This document shows positions 1 to 7,997 of a DNA stretch of 64,000 nt, one piece after another. The stretch covers positions 1,155-65,154 of the forward strand of contig JAICXB010000018.1 in assembly GCA_025980765.1 (NCBI GenBank), given 5' to 3'. The stretch comes from Terriglobales bacterium. Its GTDB lineage: Bacteria; Acidobacteriota; Terriglobia; Terriglobales; Acidobacteriaceae. The notes under the pieces were generated by a model, which was given only the letters and a program-made list of their open reading frames with translations, did not search any database and was not told the origin of the DNA. A program made the translations under genes and the position numbers. Every line of letters begins with the position of its first letter. The first letter of the stretch is position 1.

Positions 1-56
1 CATCGCGGGCTTCGCAATCAACGATCAAAATTCAACATTCAAAATTATCCAGCTTT

Positions 57-92
57 CCTCTGTGCCCTCCGTGTCCTCTGTGGTGAAGATTT
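57..92. repeat. CTCCGTG-type heptamer-repeat arm, apparently half of an inverted-repeat element cut by the window edge
   Basis: cctctgtgccctccgtgtcctctgtggtgaag closely resembles the right arm at 55702-55731. No partner arm lies inside the window. Confidence 0.5.
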
Positions 93-99
93 TCGATGG

Positions 100-939
100 T
101 CACCGAATCTCGATTACGTTTTCCGTTTTGGCATTGTGCTCGGCGGCGCTTTGAGTGACTCTGCGCGCAAAGTCGAAGAAGGCTTTGGCGTGAGGAGAAT
201 TCTCCCCGCCGAGCACCGCCGGCAATCCGGAGTCTCCGCCCTTGCGAATGTCAGGATCAAGCTCCACCGCGCCCAGATACGGAACCCCAAATTGCTTCGC
301 TGTCCGCTCGACTCCGCCTTTCGAAAAGATATCAATCTCATGCTGGCAATGCGGACATAGAAAGTGACTCATGTTTTCGACCACGCCGAAAACCTCCACC
401 TTCACTCCGCGAAACATTTCGATGGCTTTGCGGGCGTCCTGAAGGGAAACGTCGGACGGGGTCGAGACCACCAGCGCGCCGGTAAGCGGCACAGTCTGGA
501 ACAGCGAGATCACCACATCGCCGGTGCCGGGCGGCAGATCGACGATCAGAAAATCAAGCTCGCCCCACTCCACCTGCTGCAGAAATTGTTTGATGATGGA
601 GTGCAGCATCGGCCCGCGCCAAACCAGCGGCTTGTCGCCAGGACTGATGAAGCCCACAGAAATCACCTTCACGCCGTGGTTGGTCAGCGGCGCGATACGG
701 TTCTCGCCGAGAACCTCCGGCTGGCGATTCACGCCCATCATCAGCGGAACGTTGGGGCCGTAGATGTCGGCATCGAGCAACCCAACTCTGTGGCCAATCT
801 TGGCTAAGGCAACCGCGAGGTTGACCGCGACAGTCGTCTTGCCGACTCCGCCTTTGCCCGAACCGACGGCAATTACATTCTGAACTCCAGGAAGCGGCAT
901 TGGCCCGGGCTGCGGCGCGCCCGCATGCATGTGTCCCAC
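100..939 (-). CDS. apbC: Mrp/NBP35/ApbC-type iron-sulfur cluster carrier ATPase
   Basis: 279-aa ORF with Walker A GSGKGGVGKTT and Mrp-type CPHC near the C-terminus. GTG start at 937-939 is preceded by AAGGAG. Confidence 0.85.
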   Translation of the reverse strand: MGHMHAGAPQPGPMPLPGVQNVIAVGSGKGGVGKTTVAVNLAVALAKIGHRVGLLDADIYGPNVPLMMGVNRQPEVLGENRIAPLTNHGVKVISVGFISPGDKPLVWRGPMLHSIIKQFLQQVEWGELDFLIVDLPPGTGDVVISLFQTVPLTGALVVSTPSDVSLQDARKAIEMFRGVKVEVFGVVENMSHFLCPHCQHEIDIFSKGGVERTAKQFGVPYLGAVELDPDIRKGGDSGLPAVLGGENSPHAKAFFDFARRVTQSAAEHNAKTENVIEIR

Positions 940-1039
940 GTGAACTCCTTTGAATAGTCGAACTCTTGATTATACGGATGCAATCGGGTGATCGGGTCAT
1001 CGAATGGAGTCGAAACACATCGCCATGACCCGATTACGA

Positions 1040-1804
1040 TTACCTCGCCGAATAGCCGCCGTCGATGGGAAACGCTGCTCCCGTGGTCCATTTGGATTCA
1101 TCGCTGGCGAGGTACACGGCCAGTTTCGCGATCTCTTCCGGAACTCCGAAGCGGTTCATGGGATGCAACGCCTCGCGCTCGCGCCGCGCAGACACCGGAT
1201 CGGGAACCTTATCGATGAACGGCGCGACCATCTCGGTATCCACGATTCCCGGACAGATGCAGTTCACGCGAATGCCTTCCGTGGCGTGATCGAGGGCCAT
1301 GGCTTTAGTCAGCAGAGTGACTGCGCCCTTGGAAGCGGCGTAGGCTGCGCGATTGCGCGCTCCGACCAGACCCAACACAGACGACAAATTGATGATCGAT
1401 CCTCCGCCGCGTTCGCGCATGGGCGCCAATACCGCGCGTGAGAGTTGCCACACCGCGCGAACGTTGGTGTCGAAGGTCTCTTGCCATTCTTCTTCGCTGA
1501 GCGTTTCTGCGGTACCGGCGATCAGCACGGCAGCGCTGTTCACCAACACGTCGATTCCGCCGAAATTTCGTTTGGCAGTCTCAACAATGGTTACGATGTC
1601 AACCGGCCGAGTGACGTCTGCCGGAAATGCCAGGGCGGCCGCACCGATTTGCCGCGACACTGCTTCCAATCGCTCGCGTCTGCGCGCCACCAGGAGGACA
1701 CTGGCGCCCTCCCGCGCGAATTCTACGGCACACGCACGGCCAATGCCCGTGCCCGCTCCGGTAATGATCGCAACCTTACCCGTGAGTCTTCCGTGCTCAG
1801 TCAA
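1040..1804 (-). CDS. SDR family oxidoreductase
   Basis: TGAGTGIG Rossmann motif and YAASK catalytic motif. TTG start overlaps the upstream stop (TTGA). Confidence 0.85.
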   Translation of the reverse strand: MTEHGRLTGKVAIITGAGTGIGRACAVEFAREGASVLLVARRRERLEAVSRQIGAAALAFPADVTRPVDIVTIVETAKRNFGGIDVLVNSAAVLIAGTAETLSEEEWQETFDTNVRAVWQLSRAVLAPMRERGGGSIINLSSVLGLVGARNRAAYAASKGAVTLLTKAMALDHATEGIRVNCICPGIVDTEMVAPFIDKVPDPVSARREREALHPMNRFGVPEEIAKLAVYLASDESKWTTGAAFPIDGGYSAR

Positions 1805-2322
1805 AGCTCAGCTCGCGTGAGTTGATTGTTGCGTTTGCGCTCTTGCTCACGCTGACGCAACTCGCGGCGGCGGCCCGCGTCTTCGTAGCGCTGCTTTTCC
1901 TCTTCCGTTTCGGGAATCACTGCTGGAACCGGCACGTGGCGCCCGCGATTGTCCACGGCGACAAACGTGAGGTATGCCGAAGCAATGTGCCGGCGCGTGC
2001 CGGCAATGTAGTTTTCCACCCAGCATTTCACCCCCACTTCCATCGAGGTGTGAAACGCGCGATTTACCGAGGAACGCAAAATCAGCAGGTCGCCGACATG
2101 CACGGGCGCCAGGAAATCAATATGGTCCATCGATGCGGTGACCACATAACTGCGGCTGTGCCGGTGCGCGGCCATAGCGCCGGCAATATCGATGAAATGC
2201 ATCAATCGTCCGCCGAGCATCGCATTCAACGGGTTGGCGTCATTAGGGAGCACCACTTCAGCCATCTCGGACACCGACTCCGAAACCGGCCTGGGCTGCA
2301 ACCGAGCATCAAGACTTTCCAT
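1801..2322 (-). CDS. acyl-CoA thioesterase (hotdog fold, YciA/BFIT-like)
   Basis: 173 aa with the VLPNDANPLNAMLGGRLMHFID pattern typical of acyl-CoA hydrolases. ATG start at 2320-2322. Confidence 0.75.
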   Translation of the reverse strand: MESLDARLQPRPVSESVSEMAEVVLPNDANPLNAMLGGRLMHFIDIAGAMAAHRHSRSYVVTASMDHIDFLAPVHVGDLLILRSSVNRAFHTSMEVGVKCWVENYIAGTRRHIASAYLTFVAVDNRGRHVPVPAVIPETEEEKQRYEDAGRRRELRQREQERKRNNQLTRAEL

Positions 2323-2385
2323 ATGTGAGTAGATTGGCAGGGCAGAGCAAATGATGCAAATCCGACCGGCTTGCTGCAGCTGCGT

Positions 2386-2844
2386 TCATTGTTGGAGCGG
2401 CAACTCCTGTGCGTTGACTGCCTGCCAACGACCATTGCGATACGCGAAGACGTCGGTGAATGCCGTGCGTATCGGCGGCTGCGAAGGGCGAGTTGCGCGA
2501 ACGATGCCATTGACGACGGCGACCGTTCCGTAGATGCGGGTTCGCATGCTTTCGAAGCTCTTCGCTCCCGAACTGAGCCGCGGGTGCGCCTTCATGTATG
2601 CGATCTGCTCGCGTTTCGTAATCATTCCCGAGGGCAGCACGTGAATAAAATCATCAGCTAAAATCGCTTCCAATGCCTCGGGCCGATCTTCATTTTCGAG
2701 CCATTCTTCCTCAAGAGCCTTGATCTTGGTTTGCGCTGAAGATTGCTTGTGCTCGGCCGCGAAGGCGATCAGCGGAATCGTGACGAGGATGACAAAAACG
2801 GATCGTACGAGGCGGGATTTCGCCAGCAAGGTAATCCAAGGCAT
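2386..2844 (-). CDS. SnoaL-like/DUF4440 (NTF2-fold) protein with an N-terminal hydrophobic signal
   Basis: The ORF track gives 160 aa. I prefer the internal ATG at 2842-2844 because GGGAGAA lies upstream. The hydrophobic N-terminus is followed by an NTF2-like core. Confidence 0.6.
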   Translation of the reverse strand: MPWITLLAKSRLVRSVFVILVTIPLIAFAAEHKQSSAQTKIKALEEEWLENEDRPEALEAILADDFIHVLPSGMITKREQIAYMKAHPRLSSGAKSFESMRTRIYGTVAVVNGIVRATRPSQPPIRTAFTDVFAYRNGRWQAVNAQELPLQQ

Positions 2845-2885
2845 TGAGCATTTTCTCCCGACGAGCAATCAAAGCAAATTAGCCT

Positions 2886-3425
2886 TCAGCGACGGCCGCT
2901 GATAATTGTTTGTATCTGCTTCAGGTGATTCAGGTCGTGTCCCGCGACCATCCGCACCATGTGGTTCACGCTTTCATTTCCTCGCTCCTGATGCACGCCG
3001 TAGTTTTCCCACAGCTTCCGGGACACCGCCTTCAGAAGTGCAATATTGCTCTCCCGCAGCACGCGAAACGTCTCTAACGACTGCTTTGGATCGCGATGAG
3101 CATAGTCAAAAGTCTTTGCCCACTGATCCTGATCGTAAGCCTGAATCGGAATCGCATTCGTGCCGAGAATCTGGCGCAAACGCCAGGAAATCGCGACTTC
3201 CGCATCGGCCAAGTGCGCCGCGATTTCCGCAATTGACCATTTGTTTGGAGCGGGCCGGCGTGTGAGCTGCTTTTTATTTTTGCCTTTCAGCAGGGCGGCC
3301 AACTTCCTGGGAGCAGCCATTTGCAGGCTGAGGGGCTCTCGTCCAGTGGTGTAACTCAGCAGACGCTCGGTATATTGCTGTGGGGTTTCAGGCATGGGAT
3401 CGCTCTCCATCGAGTGGTGTGTCAC
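2886..3425 (-). CDS. DinB family protein
   Basis: 179 aa with a DinB-like His pattern (IAAHLADAE ... AGHDLNH). The exact start is uncertain because there are three in-frame Met codons. Confidence 0.65.
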   Translation of the reverse strand: MTHHSMESDPMPETPQQYTERLLSYTTGREPLSLQMAAPRKLAALLKGKNKKQLTRRPAPNKWSIAEIAAHLADAEVAISWRLRQILGTNAIPIQAYDQDQWAKTFDYAHRDPKQSLETFRVLRESNIALLKAVSRKLWENYGVHQERGNESVNHMVRMVAGHDLNHLKQIQTIISGRR

Positions 3426-3542
3426 TGTGCAAACAAAACTTTCCGTACGAGAGTAGATTGACGCGGCAGAGGAAACGATGCAAATTGCAATTGCTGCGGC
3501 CGTGGAAATTTCAAATCAAGCGCAGTGTAGGATACGGCGATT

Positions 3543-4471
3543 ATGAGTGCTCGCCGTGTGACGGTTATGGGAAGCTTCGTCGCCGATCTCGCCTTTCGCA
3601 CTCCTCGCCTGCCTGGCTGGGGAGAGACGGTAATGGGATCGGCATTTCTGTTTGGACCTGGCGGCAAAGGTTCCAATCAGGCAGTGGCGATAGCCCGCCT
3701 CAAGGGCCAGGTGACTCTCATCACGAAGCTTGGTCGCGACACGTTTGGCGAATTGGCGCGCCGCACTTATCACGAAGAGGGAATTGACCCCGAGTTTATC
3801 TTTGACACTAGTGAGCACTCGACCGGCGGGGCTGCAGTGATTGTGGACCAGGTCAGAGGTGAGAACGCGATCGTGGTTGTCCCTGGCGCCGGCTTTCATC
3901 TCACGCCGGAGGAGGTGGATCGCGCGGCTACAGCAATCAAGGAATCCGCAATCTTCATGACGCAACTCGAGCTGCCCATTGCAATTGTGCAGCATGGGCT
4001 GAAGCTGGCGCGGGAGCTGCGAGTACCGACAATCCTTAATCCTGCGCCTGCGCAACATCTGCCAGAAGAATCTATCCACTTTGCGACTACCTCACACCCA
4101 ATGAAGCTGAGGCCGCGGAATTGGCGGGCCTGCACGTCTCCACAGTGAGCGACGCTGAGCGCGCTGCTGATGTGTTGCTCGAGCGCGGCGCCGGCAACGT
4201 GGTAGTCACGCTGGGCGCGCAAGGTGCGCTGGTGAAGAACGCCAGTCTCACCCAGCACGTTGCTGCATTCGACGCCGGCCCAGTGCTCGAGACCACCGGC
4301 GCCGGCGATGCTTTCAATGGCGGATTCGCGCTGGCACTGGCCGAAGGCATGAACATTGTCGAGGCCACCCGCTTCGGCTGTGCCGTTGCGGGAATATCGG
4401 TCACGCGTTTGGGTACAGCGCGTGCCATGCCTCGCCGCGCAGAAGTCGATGCTCTGCTAAAGCGCTGCTGA
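3543..4471 (+). pseudogene. rbsK: ribokinase / PfkB-family sugar kinase with the reading frame broken by a 1-nt shift (or an assembly error)
   Basis: ORF 3543..4148 carries the N-terminal two thirds (GGKGSNQAVA, NPAPA). ORF 4121..4471 in another frame carries the C-terminus (TTGAGDAFNGGFA). The expected DYLTPNEAEAAEL is readable only after a frame change near 4078-4086. Confidence 0.75.
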
Positions 4472-4544
4472 TATTAAATACGGCGACCTGTGCAATACCT
4501 TCTGCTATGATGTGCAACCGCATCTCCCAGAACCCAAATAGGCC

Positions 4545-5039
4545 ATGGAAAATTTATCCTCTAGTAGCCCCTGCCCAGCTGAGCCGGTCTCTCCTTTCCC
4601 GTTCTCTTATGCCCTGATCGCTGATTCCAAGGGTTCCGACACCTTTCGGCAGCGCCCATCAAAGAATGAACTGAATCAACGGACCACATCTGGCAATCGC
4701 GTCCTGCTGGTTGGGAGTATTCGGGAGTTGGCGCTGTATCGGGCAGAGGTGCTTGGCGCCTATGGTTTTCGAGTGCTCACGCCGCAAACCGCTGCCGATG
4801 CCTTGCGCGTGATTCGCCGCAATGAGTTCGATATTGCGGTGCTGACCTATACGCTTCCAACCGATTTGGTGGAAGAACTGGCTGAGCAGGTGCGACAGTC
4901 TTGTCCGAAATGTCCGTTGATCGTGATCTCCGATTCTAAACGCGCGGATCCGCGGATCTCGCCAGATCAGACAGTGTTAGCCGATGACGGCCCGGCAGCC
5001 CTCATTGCGGCGTTGCGCCAGGTTACCAGGCAGCCCTAG
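4545..5039 (+). CDS. stand-alone receiver-fold protein lacking the phospho-acceptor Asp
   Basis: CheY-like beta-alpha periodicity, but VLLVGS replaces the DD pocket and IAVLTY replaces the D57 position. Confidence 0.6.
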   Translation: MENLSSSSPCPAEPVSPFPFSYALIADSKGSDTFRQRPSKNELNQRTTSGNRVLLVGSIRELALYRAEVLGAYGFRVLTPQTAADALRVIRRNEFDIAVLTYTLPTDLVEELAEQVRQSCPKCPLIVISDSKRADPRISPDQTVLADDGPAALIAALRQVTRQP

Positions 5040-5181
5040 CTGTGCCGTTTCGCATTGGCTACTAGGTTTCAGCTTTGGGCTGAGAAGCAATTCGGCAGGC
5101 TTTCCCTGAACCCAAGACTCATGCCGTAACCTTTTCCTCTCCTCGTCCGTTTATCTTGTTGAGCGCCATGCGGAGATCTGG

Positions 5182-5718
5182 TTGAAGGCCCCGACGAACG
5201 ATGTCGACGAGCGGCTTCTGGTCGAGGCCGCCAAGCGCGACCCTGCCCGCTTTGCCGAACTTTACGAGCACAATGTGTATCGCGTGTACGCCTATGTATC
5301 GCGGCGGGTTAACAGTCGTGAAGAGGCCGAAGATATTACCGCGGATGTATTTCACCATGCCCTGGCGAACTTGAAAACCTTTGAGTGGCGTGGCGCCCCG
5401 TTTGCCGCCTGGCTCATGCGTATCGCGGCACATCGCATCATCGATCGTTGGCGGAGTTCGGCACGTGCGCAGGGCAGCCCGCTGACTGAAGATCCTCAGG
5501 ACCTGCACATGGAAGACGTCGAGCAACGCGCCGCCCTCTTCCAACTGGTGAAGCGGCTTCCTGAAGACCAGCGCCGGGTGGTGGTCTTGCGCTTCGTTGA
5601 GGAGAAAAGCATTCGAGAGATCGCCCAGGAACTCCGCCGCAGCGAAGGCGCGGTGAAGCAACTTCAGTTCCGCGCGCTGCAGAAGCTTCGCGACAGCATG
5701 GAGGTCGCCCATGCCTAA
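5182..5718 (+). CDS. ECF (sigma-70 family) RNA polymerase sigma factor
   Basis: Region 2 (FAELYEHNVYRVYAYV, DITADVF) and a region 4 HTH (SIREIAQELRRSEGAVKQLQFRA). TTG start. Confidence 0.85.
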   Translation: MKAPTNDVDERLLVEAAKRDPARFAELYEHNVYRVYAYVSRRVNSREEAEDITADVFHHALANLKTFEWRGAPFAAWLMRIAAHRIIDRWRSSARAQGSPLTEDPQDLHMEDVEQRAALFQLVKRLPEDQRRVVVLRFVEEKSIREIAQELRRSEGAVKQLQFRALQKLRDSMEVAHA

Positions 5719-7165
5719 GCTCTCCCGCTTCGAGCAACTCGACCAGGCAATCGAAAGGCTGCTCTCGCGCAGCGACACAGCGCAGTTCGAGGTCGACGCC
5801 GAACTTTCAACCCTGCTGCGTCTGGCAGGCGAACTTCGCGCGGCCCCACGCGAGCAATTTATTCAATCGCTTAAGAGCGATTTACAAAGGAGTACTTCAA
5901 TGGCAACCACAGCAGAGCCTGCAGCCACAGTCCGCACCCATGCGGCGCCCGCTTTGAGATTCAAGAGCGCAGCAAAGGCAATCGAATTCTACAAGCGAGC
6001 TTTCCATGCGCAGGAGGTCATGCGCTTCGAGAACGAAGGCGGCATTGGCCATGCCGAATTGATGATCGGCGGCTCGATGATCTTCCTGGGCGAAGAGTGG
6101 CCAGAAGGTGGCCGCTTCAGCGCCGAGACCCTGGGAAATACACCGATCAGCATCGAACTGGACGTGCCCGACGTCGATGCCTTCGTCGCCCACGCAGTCG
6201 CCGCCGGAGCCAAATTGATTCGCCCGGTATCCGACCAGTTCTACGGATACCGGCAAGGGACGTTGCTCGATCCTTTCGGCTACGTATGGGGGGTCTCGAC
6301 TCTGAAAGAGGAGATGCCGCTGCAGGAGATGCATCGCCGCTTCCGCGCGATGATGGGCCCGCAGCCGCAGCCGGCGAAACCGAAGGTCGATCCCGTTCCC
6401 GCCGGCTATCGCACGCTCACAGCCTATCCGGTGGCGCAGGATGCGCTCGGGCTGATCGAGTTTGTGAAGCGGGCATTTGGCGCTGAAGAGACATTCCGGG
6501 CCGTGGGCCCCGCCGGCGGAATCCATGCGGAGGTGCGCATCGGCGACTCCATGATGATGATGGGTGGCGGCGGTGCCGGACTCGCGTGGCGCGGAGAATC
6601 CATCCCCATGGCTTTTCACCTTTACGTGCCCGACTGCGATGCGACGTATCAGGCAGCGCTCGAGGCCGGCGGCATATCCATCGCGGAACCCGTGGATCAG
6701 TCCTACGGCGAGCGGTCCGCCAGCGTGAATGATCCCGCCGGTAACTTCTGGTACATCGCTACATACAAAGGCGAGAACTACAAGTGGGAAGGCGCGCCCG
6801 ACGTGCAGCCGTATTTGCATCCGTTGCGTGCGCTGCCGGTGATCGATTTCCTCAAGCGCGCCTTCGGCGCCGAGGAGCTAGGCCGCTACGCCTCACCCGA
6901 TGGAGTGATCCATCACGTGACCATGAAGCTCGGCAGCTCACATTTGGAAATGGGCGAAGCACATGGCGTTTATCAGCCAATGCCGGGCATGTTTTATCTG
7001 TACGTTCCCGACTGCGACGCGCTCTACCATCGCGCATTAGCGTCCGGCGCGACATCGATCGCCCCTCCGACCGACCATGATTACGGCGATCGCAGCGGAG
7101 GAGTGAAAGATGCGTTCGGCAACCAGTGGTACATTGCAACCCACATCAAGGACGTGAGTGGGTAA
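5711..7165 (+). CDS. anti-sigma-like N-terminal segment fused to three tandem VOC (glyoxalase/PhnB-like) domains
   Basis: The ATG overlaps the sigma gene stop by 8 nt. There are three internal repeats of the pattern (I/A)xF(Y/V/L)KRAF(H/G)AxE ... D..G(Y/N).W. No TM segment and no zf-HC2 motif. Confidence 0.7.
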   Translation: MPKLSRFEQLDQAIERLLSRSDTAQFEVDAELSTLLRLAGELRAAPREQFIQSLKSDLQRSTSMATTAEPAATVRTHAAPALRFKSAAKAIEFYKRAFHAQEVMRFENEGGIGHAELMIGGSMIFLGEEWPEGGRFSAETLGNTPISIELDVPDVDAFVAHAVAAGAKLIRPVSDQFYGYRQGTLLDPFGYVWGVSTLKEEMPLQEMHRRFRAMMGPQPQPAKPKVDPVPAGYRTLTAYPVAQDALGLIEFVKRAFGAEETFRAVGPAGGIHAEVRIGDSMMMMGGGGAGLAWRGESIPMAFHLYVPDCDATYQAALEAGGISIAEPVDQSYGERSASVNDPAGNFWYIATYKGENYKWEGAPDVQPYLHPLRALPVIDFLKRAFGAEELGRYASPDGVIHHVTMKLGSSHLEMGEAHGVYQPMPGMFYLYVPDCDALYHRALASGATSIAPPTDHDYGDRSGGVKDAFGNQWYIATHIKDVSG

Positions 7166-7227
7166 ACGGAAACGCCCGCCATTGCGGGCGGCGCCGTGTT
7201 CCACAAGGCGATAAAATCTTGTCACCG

Positions 7228-7965
7228 ATGAGCGCCCACTCGGCGGTGAAGCGCGTTTCAACTCTTGGTAGTTTGAAACGCGAACTCGCGCAGGCAGCCG
7301 ATCCCGAACGGGCGCGCAATCTCGCCTGGTTTTTCAAAACGGGACAAGGCGAATACGGAGAAGGGGACGAGTTCCTCGGCATCACCGTGCCGGCGCAGCG
7401 TGTCCTCGCGAAGAAATACCGTCACTTGGATCTCGCGGATATCGCGAAGCTTCTCCAGTCTGGCAAGCACGAGCATCGCTTCACTGCCCTGCTGATTCTG
7501 GTCGCGCAGTACCAATCCGGCGACTGCGACAAGCGGCAAGAAATCTTCGACCTCTATCTTGGGCACACCGCTTGCGTCAACAACTGGGACTTAGTGGATA
7601 CTTCCGCTACATACATTGTTGGAGAGCATCTAGTCTCGCGCCCGCGGCGGATTCTCTATCATCTCGTCAAATCGCCAAATTTATGGGAACGCCGCATTGC
7701 AATCGTCGCGACGGCGGCTTTCATCCGCAGAGGTGACCTCAAAGAAGCGTTTGCCATTGCCGGCCGGCTGCTCGCGGACAAGCACGATCTCATCCACAAA
7801 GCAGTCGGTTGGATGTTGCGGGAAGCGGGAAAGCATTCGCAAGCAGAGATGATCGACTTTCTCAAGCGTAATTACTCGCAAATGCCACGCACTACGTTGC
7901 GCTATGCAATCGAGCGCCTCCCCGCGGCCGAGCGAAAGAGGGCTTTGAAAGGAATGTTCCGCTAG
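7228..7965 (+). CDS. DNA alkylation repair protein (AlkD-like HEAT-repeat family)
   Basis: FFKTGQGEYGEGDEFLGI and WERR motifs. I chose the ATG at 7228 over the upstream alternative start in the ORF track. Confidence 0.7.
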   Translation: MSAHSAVKRVSTLGSLKRELAQAADPERARNLAWFFKTGQGEYGEGDEFLGITVPAQRVLAKKYRHLDLADIAKLLQSGKHEHRFTALLILVAQYQSGDCDKRQEIFDLYLGHTACVNNWDLVDTSATYIVGEHLVSRPRRILYHLVKSPNLWERRIAIVATAAFIRRGDLKEAFAIAGRLLADKHDLIHKAVGWMLREAGKHSQAEMIDFLKRNYSQMPRTTLRYAIERLPAAERKRALKGMFR

Positions 7966-7997
7966 CAGCCAGCAGCTAGTAGCTAGCAGTTCATATC

